Program-made: the position numbers and the translations under genes
Part shown: positions 1-9,949 of the stretch, one piece after another
How positions within the stretch are numbered: position 1 is the stretch's first letter
Layout of the letters: every line of letters begins with the position of its first letter
From: a virus
Direction: 5' to 3' (one strand)
IMG/VR virus record: IMGVR_UViG_3300046492_000199
DNA: 64,000 bases
Notes under the pieces: generated by a model
The model's database searches: none
Told to the model about the DNA's origin: nothing
The model's input: the letters and a program-made list of their open reading frames with translations, nothing else

Positions 1-247
1 TGTTAATGCTCTTAACAGCAGCCGGATTGATATTGATGTTGTTGAGTTTGCCTAAGTCTTTAGCGAGCTTAGTAAAGTCGCCGCCAGAGGCACCGCCCGC
101 CATCAGTTTAGAGAAAGCAGCTTGGGCCTTGGCGTCTAGGTTGTCTAAACCTTTATTAATAGAAGAAATGGCCGAAACAAACTTTTTCGCCCCCGCTTCG
201 GCGCGAGAGGCGTCAATTTCGAAGCGTAAGGAAAATGTATCGGCCAT
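1..247 (-). CDS. Tape measure protein, N-terminal part (runs off window edge)
   Basis: ATG at 247 reads MADTFSLRFEIDASRAEAGAKKFVSAISSINKGLDNL... with no stop before base 1; directly follows the tail chaperone genes. Confidence 0.7.
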   Translation of the reverse strand, partial: MADTFSLRFEIDASRAEAGAKKFVSAISSINKGLDNLDAKAQAAFSKLMAGGASGGDFTKLAKDLGKLNNININPAAVKSIN

Positions 248-651
248 TATTTATTCTTCTTTATTTTATTAGCAGCTTCGTCAGCCAATCTTTTCTTTTT
301 GTCTTTTTCGTAATAATCTTCTATCCACAGATTATCCAAAAGTTTTACAAAATCGGAAAAGTCTATTCTCTTCCTATAATCATCAATGCCATATAATTGG
401 CAATAGTGATTTATTTCAGAAAAAGAAATATGCATCGGGCCAGCCATTCCGGCAGGTCTTGATGAAGAAAGAGTTAAAAACCCTTCCCACACCCAATACA
501 AATCCTCGAAAAGTTGTGGCCCTTCTTCTTGAACTTCCTGTACTTCTACAGGAAGTCCTTTTTCTTTTCTTACCTTAGCTATCCATTCATTATCTTTTTT
601 GGAGATTTTATTATTGACTTTGGATAGTGAATAGTTAAGGTACTCTGTTAG
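247..651 (-). CDS. Tail assembly chaperone C-terminal extension (GT-type, -1 frameshift frame)
   Basis: The -1 frame is open from slippery A AAA AAC (657-651) through the 247..501 ORF; sits between chaperone and tape measure. Confidence 0.75.
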   Translation of the reverse strand, partial: LTEYLNYSLSKVNNKISKKDNEWIAKVRKEKGLPVEVQEVQEEGPQLFEDLYWVWEGFLTLSSSRPAGMAGPMHISFSEINHYCQLYGIDDYRKRIDFSDFVKLLDNLWIEDYYEKDKKKRLADEAANKIKKNK

Positions 652-1049
652 TTTTTTTCTGCTTCAGCCTTGTTCTGGACCTTGAACGCGTCATCGTCCG
701 TGACAAGCTTGGCAATTAGGTTGCGGAATTCGCGGTACTTGGTAAGCTGATCTTCAGCGGCCTTGACAGAGAAAGGAAGGACAGTCTCTTCGTCTTCTTC
801 TGTGAAGCCTTCCCAATCAGCAACAATGGCCTGTGCCATCTGAGCGATCAATAGGCGTTCCTGATCACCCTGTGGAATGCCTTTGCCGGAACGCTTCATA
901 GCGAGGTAAGGAGCTTCAAGAGCCTCACGGACTTCCTGTGAGCGCTTGCTCTGGAAAGAGCGAAGCTTGATGCGAGCCTTATCGCCAAGTTCGAACCACT
1001 TACCAGTTTCTTCAGATTCAACGTCGGTAGCAAATGTAGAGAATTTCAT
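648..1049 (-). CDS. Tail assembly chaperone (G-like)
   Basis: 133-aa ORF between tail tube and tape measure, ending GAA AAA AAC TAA. Confidence 0.8.
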   Translation of the reverse strand: MKFSTFATDVESEETGKWFELGDKARIKLRSFQSKRSQEVREALEAPYLAMKRSGKGIPQGDQERLLIAQMAQAIVADWEGFTEEDEETVLPFSVKAAEDQLTKYREFRNLIAKLVTDDDAFKVQNKAEAEKN

Positions 1050-1096
1050 GTTCGGGATTTCCTATGTTTTTAAATATTTCGGGTTATTAATTGAGA

Positions 1097-1133
1097 CAAA
1101 AATGGCGGCGGCACCCGACAACCCCCGCCATTT
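1097..1133 (-). terminator. Intrinsic terminator-like hairpin after tail tube gene
   Basis: AAATGGCGG/CCGCCATTT stem followed by T residues on the minus strand. Confidence 0.45.
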
Positions 1134-1242
1134 CCTATTAAGCCTCTTGGCTTAAATTTTTTAACTATTTGTCAGACCGAGAAGTAGCCCGAGAGGCGAC
1201 CCTGTAGTCCCGCCGCCCCCGCCTGTAGGAGGCGAGACTGGA

Positions 1243-3102
1243 TCAGGAGCAGACGTTACTCACGTCACTCCAACGGTCGATTTGGAACATCGTACCAGTG
1301 GATGCGTCACGGAAAGCAACGAATTCAAGTGGTTCAACAACGTCTTGGTCGATACCCTGAGCCGCAATGTTATCGCTTGAGAACTTAACAGCTGGTAGGG
1401 TGTACTTGTAAGTATTACCATCAACGTCAGTGAACTTGAAAGCGAGAGAAGACGTTTCGTGGTTGATGAAGTCGTCATAGAACGGGCTACCAGCTTCGAA
1501 ATAAGCCGTAACAGTGCCGGTTAGGTTGAAACGGCCTGTACCGATACCACGAGCGAACTTAGAACCAACGGCGGGCTGCTGACGCAGTGTAGCATCACCC
1601 TGAAGCGCGATTGACTGAAGTGCTGAAGAAAGTTCAACACCATCTTTTTCAATCGAACCTACGTTGGTCGTAGCGTTCATAACTTCAGTACCAGTTGAGC
1701 GAAGCGCAACGTAAGGAGAAAGAGCTAGTTTGGAAACGTTCGTGATCTGACGCTTAGTTTCTTTACCTTCGAATGAATACGTACCGGTAACGATGGCACC
1801 TGAGCTTACGTCCATTGAGAACGAACCTACGCGTAGGCCGTTGTGAACGAAGAACTGGTTAACGTCGTTGTAAGCCGATTCAGCGCTGAAGCTCTGAGCC
1901 ACGATTTGCTGGTGAGGCAGTGATCCGGTCCCGTCAGGGTTACGAAGCATTGAACCTTTAATAGTTACACCAAGTGTACCACCGTTAGCGTCTGTAGCAG
2001 GGGCTGGCGAAACTGTTAGAACATCGTCCGCAACAGAAAGGATTTTGAAGAAACCACCAGAAGCTAGGCCACCGCTGAAGTTAGTCGTAACAGCGTTGGT
2101 AGAAACGTCAGCAAGTGTACCACCAGTTCTACGAAGGTTCGTTACAGTAACTGTAGCGGTAGACACAGTAGCCTTGGCCTGAAGACGACCATCAACACGA
2201 GCTTGGTTGATAGCAGCGGCAATGTTAGTCGCTGTGGCAGCACCAGAACCACCGAGCGTTACGATCTGATTACCAGCCGTTGCGCCACCGTCTGAAGACG
2301 TTTCGAAAACAACCTGATTCACGCCATCGTAAACCGTGAACGTGTCGTGGTTAGCAGCGTTGGTCGTGAAGTTAATCGTACCGGATTCTCTACCGGAAGC
2401 GTTATCTACATAGATGTTCTGACCGGCGACAAGATTGCCAGCTGCAATTGCAGCGGCAAAAGCATTTGTACCATTTGAGTCGATAGTAGAAGCGCCGCTA
2501 GTTCCGAAGCGAATAGCAGTGTTGTTGAGAATAATAACATCGTTTGCATCTTGAACCTTAGTAAAAGCAGTACCGGCTTCAACAACAGCTGTAGTTGTTG
2601 ATACAGTAACTTGAGTTGCGCCGCCAGAAAAAGCAAGAGAAGCAACCTGCACATACTTGTTATTCAGCGGGTTAAGAAAGCCCGAAGTCTTGAGACGGCG
2701 ACCTACCACGAAGTAGTCACGGAAGTCTCCACCAGCAATCGAGATGACGTTGTTCGCGGTCCAAGCAACACCAACACCTTTGAAGAAGTCAAACTCCATT
2801 GGGCGGCTCCAAAGGCCGAGCACGAAAGCTTGCATCAGAATGTCGTGAGAACCGGCGCTGAATTCGTAATTAATATCACCGCTTGTAGAGGCCGAAACTT
2901 CAACAACCGAGCTAACCATACGGTCGGCACGAAGTTCGTCAGACGTGACGGTTTCTTTGGCCGCAGCGAGGGAGTGGGATGTGATACGAATTTCACGAGT
3001 CGCACCAGACGCAGGAGTCGTACCCCAAGTCAGGTTATTTTCTTGAATTAGGCGAATGCTATCGCGGTTACTATCAGCAAAGTTGGCCACTATTGTCTCC
3101 AA
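1243..3102 (-). CDS. Major tail tube protein with inserted accessory domains
   Basis: 619 aa; tail-tube-like N- and C-terminal segments (ETVTSDELRADRMVS; YKYTLPAVKF...GIDQDV); follows the tail terminator. Confidence 0.75.
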   Translation of the reverse strand: METIVANFADSNRDSIRLIQENNLTWGTTPASGATREIRITSHSLAAAKETVTSDELRADRMVSSVVEVSASTSGDINYEFSAGSHDILMQAFVLGLWSRPMEFDFFKGVGVAWTANNVISIAGGDFRDYFVVGRRLKTSGFLNPLNNKYVQVASLAFSGGATQVTVSTTTAVVEAGTAFTKVQDANDVIILNNTAIRFGTSGASTIDSNGTNAFAAAIAAGNLVAGQNIYVDNASGRESGTINFTTNAANHDTFTVYDGVNQVVFETSSDGGATAGNQIVTLGGSGAATATNIAAAINQARVDGRLQAKATVSTATVTVTNLRRTGGTLADVSTNAVTTNFSGGLASGGFFKILSVADDVLTVSPAPATDANGGTLGVTIKGSMLRNPDGTGSLPHQQIVAQSFSAESAYNDVNQFFVHNGLRVGSFSMDVSSGAIVTGTYSFEGKETKRQITNVSKLALSPYVALRSTGTEVMNATTNVGSIEKDGVELSSALQSIALQGDATLRQQPAVGSKFARGIGTGRFNLTGTVTAYFEAGSPFYDDFINHETSSLAFKFTDVDGNTYKYTLPAVKFSSDNIAAQGIDQDVVEPLEFVAFRDASTGTMFQIDRWSDVSNVCS

Positions 3103-3166
3103 ATATTTTGTTATTGTTATTAGATGGGGCTTTTAGTGACCCAAACTTTTATTAAATTTGAACTGC

Positions 3167-3195
3167 ATCATACTACAATTTTTAAAATTTGTCAA
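3167..3195 (-). promoter_or_regulatory. Sigma70-type promoter
   Basis: TTGACA-N17-TATGAT upstream of tail tube. Confidence 0.7.
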
Positions 3196-3279
3196 GAAAA
3201 ATCTTCTTTGTACAGAAAATTAAACCCACTAAATTACTTAGTGGGTTCAATCATTATCTTAAAAATTTAATTGTTCGTA

Positions 3280-4323
3280 TTATACTGATACGGTGTGAAG
3301 CGTGATGGTATAAACTGAAGCTGAGTTAGGGGTGTAAGCGCCGTTAGTTACGAGATAGCCGTACACATTGGCTGAGCTTAACTTCATCTGCTTGTTGATG
3401 TTAGTCACTTCGCAGTATAGAGTCGAACCTAGATCGGCTGGTGTTCCCAAATCGATATAACCAAGGAACGAAGCTCTGTCGCCAGAAGGCAAGTCCCAAG
3501 CAGCATTGTCAGCCAAAGCGGATGGAGGCGTGACGTTGTAGAGGTAAAGTCTAAAGTTCGTCATACCAGAAGGAATGGCAGAAACATCGATTTCTAGCTG
3601 AGCGCCAGTAATCATTGTTGTTGCACCTGAAACGCCTACAGTTGCAAAGGTGAGTGCAGCGGCGGTAGGGCCAACAACGTCGTTCGCGGTATAAGCCGTG
3701 GTGTCAGCTGGACGAGTCGCAGAAACAGCAACGTCGAAAGCTGAAGTGACTTGGTTGATCGGAACCGTGGCTTGGTCCGTAGCAAGAACTACAGATAGCG
3801 AGCCTGTGCTTGCCTTAGCGCCAATCGAAGTTGGAAGTAGAGCAATTAGAGATGTTAAGCGTTGAGCCACGCGCTGTAAACGACCATTGAGACCGCTTGA
3901 AGCAGTATCGGAAGCTGGTGCGGTTTCAGTAACGATACCAAGTTGCGGGACTAGAACGTCATCAGTAGCAGTGGTTACAGCAAGTGATGCAGCAGCAGTC
4001 TTTGCGCCAAGCGAAGTTGGGAGCAATGCGATCAGCGATGTGAGACGCTGAGCCACGCGCTGTAGACGACCGTTCAGGCCGCTTGAAGCGGTATCAGAAG
4101 CTGGTGCAGTTTCAGTAACAATACCGATCTTAGCTTGCACGTCATCATCGCTGGCGATAGTGACTGGAAGCGAAGCCGCTTTGTTGCCCTGACCCAAAGT
4201 AACATCAGTGGCAGTGCCATCTGGACCTACAGTAAGTTTGACACGTTGAATAAGTACGCCGCCTACGTCATCGGCACCGATTGTAACGCCTGTTCCGGGA
4301 GTTACTGTGATATTATCAGCCAT
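3280..4323 (-). CDS. Putative virion structural protein with internal 62-aa repeat
   Basis: 347 aa, Ala/Thr/Val-rich; duplicated GIVTETAPASDTASSGLNGRLQRVAQRLTSLIALLPTS. Confidence 0.6.
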   Translation of the reverse strand: MADNITVTPGTGVTIGADDVGGVLIQRVKLTVGPDGTATDVTLGQGNKAASLPVTIASDDDVQAKIGIVTETAPASDTASSGLNGRLQRVAQRLTSLIALLPTSLGAKTAAASLAVTTATDDVLVPQLGIVTETAPASDTASSGLNGRLQRVAQRLTSLIALLPTSIGAKASTGSLSVVLATDQATVPINQVTSAFDVAVSATRPADTTAYTANDVVGPTAAALTFATVGVSGATTMITGAQLEIDVSAIPSGMTNFRLYLYNVTPPSALADNAAWDLPSGDRASFLGYIDLGTPADLGSTLYCEVTNINKQMKLSSANVYGYLVTNGAYTPNSASVYTITLHTVSV

Positions 4324-4329
4324 TTTAAA

Positions 4330-4527
4330 TTACCTCGTTAAGATTAAAAGTAGGCCGATTGGCGTACCTGAAGTTTCTGGAGGATTAACTACCGGTGTGG
4401 GTGGTTTCCTACCTGCTTTTTTGTTTTTCTTCGGAGAAACTTCTCTAAAGGGTTCTGTCGGTATTTGATCCGTAAACACGATTAGTTTGTTTGCCGGATT
4501 ATACCTTACTTTTTTTGGTGTTCCCAT
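4330..4527 (-). CDS. Small basic hypothetical protein
   Basis: 65-aa ORF with own promoter, co-oriented with module. Confidence 0.5.
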   Translation of the reverse strand: MGTPKKVRYNPANKLIVFTDQIPTEPFREVSPKKNKKAGRKPPTPVVNPPETSGTPIGLLLILTR

Positions 4528-4559
4528 GATGTATAATCCAGTTTATAATTATTGATTTC

Positions 4560-4587
4560 ATTATACCATAATTTTTTAAAAAGTCAA
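4560..4587 (-). promoter_or_regulatory. Sigma70-type promoter
   Basis: TTGACT-N16-TATAAT with TTTTAAAA spacer. Confidence 0.65.
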
Positions 4588-4618
4588 GATAAAGTGATTT
4601 AATCCAAAATTTTAAATA

Positions 4619-6325
4619 TTAAGGAGCCTCGTAACATCCAATATTGGCTGTGCCGCCAGCGGATAGTGCGTTGCCAAACAAATCAATTGAGCCTAGATTA
4701 ATGCTAAACAGTGAGTTAATATTCTGCCCCGCGTTCTTAGCAGGGGAAGAAGATTGTAATTTATATGGAGCTAGTGCGGCAATGCTAAAGCCGTTGGTGT
4801 TCCCAACTGGAACAGTGCCTTGTAATAGTGGATCTCCGCTCACTGATACGTTAGTGCTTGTGATAGTTTCTTGAGTAGAGAATGCGCCGCGCCAAGCACC
4901 AATTGAAGTGTAAGTAGAAGGCCCCCATTTGATCGATACTGAAGCTACAGTGCTATAAAGATTTCCAATAAATCTAATGGCAGGCGTTAAGCTCGTGGAT
5001 GAGTTGATCAGCTTTGTCGTCGCGCCGGTTAGATAGAAAATGTTGTTGCAGACATATGTGGTTGTAAATTTATCTGGATTGGAGAAAACGTAGACACCAT
5101 TAATCGAAGCAACACTGCTGTAGATCGTGTTATTATAAATAGAATTTCCAGACGCGGCTCTTGCTGTTTCCGCCGTGCCCATAAGAATGCCTCCCTTAGT
5201 AGTGGGAGCTTGTGTGCCGTCGTTTTCGGAGATATTAAAACGAATCGTATTTCCGGTTAGCGCTAATACAGTTGAATCATTATATTGATAAAGTTGCAAA
5301 CCAGAACCATAATTATCGTGACTGTAGCAAAATTGAACGATGCAGTTCTGACACCCGCCGTCAATATCAAAACCGCCGCCGTCTGATGTGCCGGTTCCGG
5401 TCTTGTTGTGGTGGCTTTCACTGTATTGAATAACAGTGCTGGTGCAATCGTACATCCAAATCCCTACCGGACCAGATGCATAAGTATTGTTTGCTCCATT
5501 ATTATATGCTTCGCAAAATTCAATTAATCCACCACTGCACTGACCTAAGAGAATACCGCTGCCACAGTGAGAAACAGTAATGCCTGCCTTGCCGGTACAG
5601 TTATACGCTTTGCAATTTCTCACGACAGGATTTGTGTGACTCGCGGCATTAGCTACTAGGCCGTACAGTCCTTGAACCGTGATGCCGTTGCCTACATAAT
5701 CAATACAATTTCCGGTGCAGTCATGAACAATACAACTATCAATTAGAGGCGCATCAAATCCAGAAGGAGAGTTGGCAGCATATGCCGTGTCTCCGGTGTA
5801 AAGCGCGATACCATCATAGCCATAACCAGAAACATCCAGTCTCAGAAGAGTTAGGCCTTTTAACTTAGTGCTGCCGAGTTGATCATTAATGCAATAAACG
5901 CCAGTCGATGTACTGACAGTTGTGCCGGTTCCAACAAAAATTAAATCTTGAACCGTGACGTGGTGTGGATTAATTAGATAAGCGCCTCTATCACTATTAC
6001 CAGAAGCTTGAATAGTCGCTCTTCCAGTTCCATAAGAGCCAAATACAGTTGCCGCACCGCTGTTGCCATAGTGCTGACCTTCTACCAGACTAAGAGTTCC
6101 AGAGAAAGTTGCGCCACCTTTAAATAGCACCCAAGCCCCAGCCGGGAAGGTGGCTCCGTTTACTTTGGACAGGGTTTGCCAAGGCGTAGAAGGTGACGTT
6201 CCGCTGTTTGTGTCTGACCCGTTAGGGTCAACATAATAAATAACGGATGGTTGTGAGACGCCTTTTTTCGTCACAGGAGCACTGGAAATGACTGCTGTTT
6301 TTGTTTTATTTCTGGCTAGCGGCAT
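4619..6325 (-). CDS. Right-handed beta-helix (pectin-lyase-like) protein, probable spike/depolymerase, paralog 1
   Basis: 568 aa; YYVDPNGSDTNSGTS entry motif, Asn/Gly-rich coils, DGGGFDIDGG, C-terminal IGCYE. Confidence 0.75.
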   Translation of the reverse strand: MPLARNKTKTAVISSAPVTKKGVSQPSVIYYVDPNGSDTNSGTSPSTPWQTLSKVNGATFPAGAWVLFKGGATFSGTLSLVEGQHYGNSGAATVFGSYGTGRATIQASGNSDRGAYLINPHHVTVQDLIFVGTGTTVSTSTGVYCINDQLGSTKLKGLTLLRLDVSGYGYDGIALYTGDTAYAANSPSGFDAPLIDSCIVHDCTGNCIDYVGNGITVQGLYGLVANAASHTNPVVRNCKAYNCTGKAGITVSHCGSGILLGQCSGGLIEFCEAYNNGANNTYASGPVGIWMYDCTSTVIQYSESHHNKTGTGTSDGGGFDIDGGCQNCIVQFCYSHDNYGSGLQLYQYNDSTVLALTGNTIRFNISENDGTQAPTTKGGILMGTAETARAASGNSIYNNTIYSSVASINGVYVFSNPDKFTTTYVCNNIFYLTGATTKLINSSTSLTPAIRFIGNLYSTVASVSIKWGPSTYTSIGAWRGAFSTQETITSTNVSVSGDPLLQGTVPVGNTNGFSIAALAPYKLQSSSPAKNAGQNINSLFSINLGSIDLFGNALSAGGTANIGCYEAP

Positions 6326-6367
6326 GACTGTCTTTCTAAAATTTTAAATTGTTTTATATGGGAAATA

Positions 6368-8086
6368 TTAAGAGGCTTCGTAGCACCCGATATTTGCAAC
6401 ACCGCCTGCGGATAGGGGATTTCCAAATAAATCAATTGTGCCTAGGTTGATGCTGTACAGTGTGGCAAGGTCTTGACCTGCATTCTTTGCGGGGGATGAG
6501 GACTGCAATTTATAAGCCCCAAGCGCTGCTGCATTGAAACCGCCTATAGTGCCTACAGGAACTGATCCTACAAACAATGGATCACCAGATACTGATGTGT
6601 TACCACCAGACACAGTCTCCTGAGTGACAAATGCGGCTCGCCATGTACCTAGACTGGAATATGTGGTCGCGCCCCACTTCAACGAGAATGTCGCTGTGGT
6701 ATAATAAAGATTACCGACGAACTTAAAAGTGGTATCCGGCGTAACGTTGTAGGTGTAGATCAATACGCCAGACGATCCAGTAACCCTTATTATGTTGTTA
6801 GCAAAATAAGTGCTTTTTATGAGGTTGTGCGCCGCGCCGATAAAGTTTACCGCTACGCCGCCAGAAAGGGAAGTCATTATCACATTATTATAAATTTTGT
6901 TTCCGGTGTGATCGCGGCCTGTCTCATCGTTACCAATTGTGATAGAAGCTTTGCCCACAGAGACGCCGCTAGCTCCTCCATCATTCTCTGTGATATTGAA
7001 TCTAATAATATTTCCCTGAAGCGGATATTGGCCATAAGTAGCGCCGTCTTCATAGTTGTAGAGAAGATAACCAGCGCCAACGTTGTCGTGGCTGTAATTG
7101 TATTGTACCACGCAGTCTTTACAACCACCATCAAGATCAAAACCACCGCCATCTGACGTTCCAGCTTCTACGGTGTGAAACGCACTTTCATTATACTGAA
7201 GCGTAACGGCTTCGCAGTCATAAATCCAGATGCCTACAAGACTTCCGCCTGAGCCTCCGTTGTGATGGACATAATTATATGCAATAAGTGAATCTTTGGC
7301 CTGCCCTAGCAGGATGCCATTACCTGAATGTGAATTTATAATTGCTTTGCTTTTACCGATGCAATTGTAAACCGTATTGTTACCTACATAAGCATTGATG
7401 ACCGTGGGAGGAACAGCGGCTAGTCCGTAGGTGTTCAGAGATTGTAGCGTGATGCCACAGCCTTGATAAGTGGTGGCGTTGCCGGTGCAATCATGGACAA
7501 CATTGCCTGTGATCACAATTCCATCAAAGCCTGAGCCAGACACATCAGAAGGATTTCCCCAACCAGAGATACCGTTGTTGCCGTATTGCGATACGATATT
7601 ATTGATGATCGAAACGCCAAGTAGTTTGACGTTGCCTGTAAGCGTATTCTCAAAATAAATACCAGAACCTGTACCGACTAGAGTGCCGGTGCCACGAAGG
7701 TCTAGATCGCGGATAGTTACGTATTGAGGATTAATTGCATACACGCCGTGATGGGCATTGGTAGACGCTTGGATAATTGCTTTACCAGAGCCATAAGAAC
7801 CGAAAACAGTAACTGAGCCCTTTACGCCAAAGTGTTGACCAGCAGTTAGGGTAAGCTGCCCGCTAAATGTAGCACCACCTTTAAAAAGTACCCAAGCCCC
7901 TGCCGGGATAGTTGCGCCACTCACTTTGGAAAGAGTTTGCCAAGGTGTGGAAGGCGATGTTCCGCTATTTGTATCTGATCCGGCTGGATCAACATAATAA
8001 ATAATATTAGGTTGAGACACGCCTTTCTTAGAAGCGCCAGCGCTAGAAGTAATTGTATTATTTGTTTTTCTTCTACCTAAAGGCAT
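6368..8086 (-). CDS. Right-handed beta-helix protein, probable spike/depolymerase, paralog 2
   Basis: 572 aa; same motifs as 4619..6325. Confidence 0.75.
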   Translation of the reverse strand: MPLGRRKTNNTITSSAGASKKGVSQPNIIYYVDPAGSDTNSGTSPSTPWQTLSKVSGATIPAGAWVLFKGGATFSGQLTLTAGQHFGVKGSVTVFGSYGSGKAIIQASTNAHHGVYAINPQYVTIRDLDLRGTGTLVGTGSGIYFENTLTGNVKLLGVSIINNIVSQYGNNGISGWGNPSDVSGSGFDGIVITGNVVHDCTGNATTYQGCGITLQSLNTYGLAAVPPTVINAYVGNNTVYNCIGKSKAIINSHSGNGILLGQAKDSLIAYNYVHHNGGSGGSLVGIWIYDCEAVTLQYNESAFHTVEAGTSDGGGFDLDGGCKDCVVQYNYSHDNVGAGYLLYNYEDGATYGQYPLQGNIIRFNITENDGGASGVSVGKASITIGNDETGRDHTGNKIYNNVIMTSLSGGVAVNFIGAAHNLIKSTYFANNIIRVTGSSGVLIYTYNVTPDTTFKFVGNLYYTTATFSLKWGATTYSSLGTWRAAFVTQETVSGGNTSVSGDPLFVGSVPVGTIGGFNAAALGAYKLQSSSPAKNAGQDLATLYSINLGTIDLFGNPLSAGGVANIGCYEAS

Positions 8087-8116
8087 AGTGGTCTTTCTTT
8101 AATTGTTATTAGAAGT

Positions 8117-8145
8117 TTAATAACATAAATTTTTAAAAAAGTCAA
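8117..8145 (-). promoter_or_regulatory. Sigma70-type promoter
   Basis: TTGACT-N17-TATTAA; the -35 contains the TGA stop of the upstream gene. Confidence 0.6.
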
Positions 8146-8573
8146 GAAACTTCTTCGTCGCGCCTAAAAGGAATGCGAACCACAACTCTATCTGCACCGC
8201 GTTCCTGTCCAACTACCAAATTGCTTGCTGTTTTAAATACTAAAGTACCAGCTGTTGTTGTCGGAATATTTGAACGGCGATATATTTTACCAAGGTAATC
8301 CGCTACGTCATTTTGCTTCTTCGTGCCGCTATCTAACGGTGTCACAACATCGAACTGTAAAATTCCGACATGCCTATCGACTTGTCTCGTATTCGTTAAT
8401 TGGGCTTGAATGGAATCTCCGTGGATGATAGAGAGGCGGATGTAGGTCTTGTCATCTGGCGTTTCAAAGGATTGATTCGGGTATTGAATCGGTACATCTG
8501 GAAAGGCTGCGATGAAGCCAGACGAAATTAGCTTTTCTGTAATGGCTTTACGAACTTCATCTAAAGCTGACAT
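8142..8573 (-). CDS. Tail terminator protein
   Basis: 143 aa, IQYPN...YIRLSI...GILQFDVVTP pattern; last of the neck cluster. Confidence 0.7.
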   Translation of the reverse strand: MSALDEVRKAITEKLISSGFIAAFPDVPIQYPNQSFETPDDKTYIRLSIIHGDSIQAQLTNTRQVDRHVGILQFDVVTPLDSGTKKQNDVADYLGKIYRRSNIPTTTAGTLVFKTASNLVVGQERGADRVVVRIPFRRDEEVS

Positions 8574-9055
8574 TATAAACTCCTTGCCTCCAATCGAGCC
8601 AAGACCTGTTCCATGGTGATGCCAAACATCCCGTTAGGGCTACGTGAGACAAAGGGATCACCCGGCAAAAGCCCAGCTTCAAGACCAGAAACACTATCTG
8701 CGTTGTTGCTGATGTAAATTTTTACAAATGGTTTATCTGGATTAACTATTAAATTAGAAAGTGACGTTTCCGCCGCTTTCTCATTTGCTGGTCGTCTAGG
8801 TTCCACGCCTAGAGGAAGATTATTGGTTTGACCAGTAGGCCCGCTTTCGATAGGATCGAACACGGTTGAGGAAGGTGTGTTCATGGTTAAGATATAATTT
8901 CTAACCGTAGTACCTTCGTGGACCGGCGTTTTTGACATTAGCGTCTTGTGCGTATAACGCGCTATTCTGTCCAAACGCTTGGCAAAATCCTTTTTCCATT
9001 TGGGAAAATAGGAATTAAGCTGATCTTTAAATTGTGGAATGTTAGATTTAAACAT
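8573..9055 (-). CDS. Neck/tail-completion protein (HK97 gp10-like)
   Basis: 160 aa, TPVHEG..VRNY and IYISNN motifs; synteny. Confidence 0.65.
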   Translation of the reverse strand: MFKSNIPQFKDQLNSYFPKWKKDFAKRLDRIARYTHKTLMSKTPVHEGTTVRNYILTMNTPSSTVFDPIESGPTGQTNNLPLGVEPRRPANEKAAETSLSNLIVNPDKPFVKIYISNNADSVSGLEAGLLPGDPFVSRSPNGMFGITMEQVLARLEARSL

Positions 9056-9426
9056 TAAGCTTTTCTACACTGAAGAATCCAAACGCTGTCACCCGGAACG
9101 CTTTTTACAATTCTAACTGTCCAACGGAGATTTCTGTCATCGAGAAAATAATCATTTTCTTTAGGTACTACTCCGTTTAAATCTTTGTTTGCAATAATAA
9201 ACTTTGCATCCTTGTCTACAATAATTGAATCATTAATTTCTTCAGCCTTGTAGCGAGCCTTAACAGCTTTGACGACTGTCTGAGTATCTGTACTAATTTC
9301 AGCATCATTAATTGGATCGTAAGTGACATTAAGGCCTTTAGAGACATACGTTATTTGAATTGGTATGTCTCCAAGAATTTTAATTGCTGAAGAAACAAGA
9401 TTGTTTAGTGAACCTTTTAAGGCCAT
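9055..9426 (-). CDS. Head-closure/stopper protein
   Basis: 123 aa beta-rich; synteny between adaptor and neck. Confidence 0.6.
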   Translation of the reverse strand: MALKGSLNNLVSSAIKILGDIPIQITYVSKGLNVTYDPINDAEISTDTQTVVKAVKARYKAEEINDSIIVDKDAKFIIANKDLNGVVPKENDYFLDDRNLRWTVRIVKSVPGDSVWILQCRKA

Positions 9427-9429
9427 TGC

Positions 9430-9945
9430 TTAGCTCCTTCTGATTTTAGCTACTGTAGTTGCGCCGCCCTTTATTCTTCCAATTCCAAAAATGAGATCGT
9501 TGATATAACTAGGTACTTCGGCCAGTCTGTAACTTTTATCAAATTCAAGTTCAATAACGTCAACAACGATTTTCGTTAAGCCATCAGTTTCTTGCTCAAC
9601 TGTTCTATCATTCTCGATAAGAAACCTTGCGTATTGAGCCGTGGCTTGCTTTAATTGCTTAGGCACCACATTTGACGGAATTGTAACATTGTCTCTATCC
9701 ACAGTGTATTTGCGGGGCCAACGTAATGCAGAAGTGGGATAGGCTTTCTGCCCATCCCAATCTGCTTTGGTGTCTAAAAGACTTGTAGCCCATGCAAGAA
9801 GATATTGCTTGCTAGTATCATTCAAAGCTTCCCAAGCAGTATTATGAATGTTAGTAACAAGAATATCGTTAGCTTCGGATAGCGAGACATAGGAAGTGGC
9901 ATTCGGTAATCCGGTGCCATCCTCAACAACGAACGCGAACGCCAT
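9430..9945 (-). CDS. Head-tail adaptor protein
   Basis: MAFAFVVEDGTGLPNATSYVS..., ALRWPR motif; start moved to 9945 to avoid overlap with phoH. Confidence 0.7.
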   Translation of the reverse strand: MAFAFVVEDGTGLPNATSYVSLSEANDILVTNIHNTAWEALNDTSKQYLLAWATSLLDTKADWDGQKAYPTSALRWPRKYTVDRDNVTIPSNVVPKQLKQATAQYARFLIENDRTVEQETDGLTKIVVDVIELEFDKSYRLAEVPSYINDLIFGIGRIKGGATTVAKIRRS

Positions 9946-9949
9946 GATT

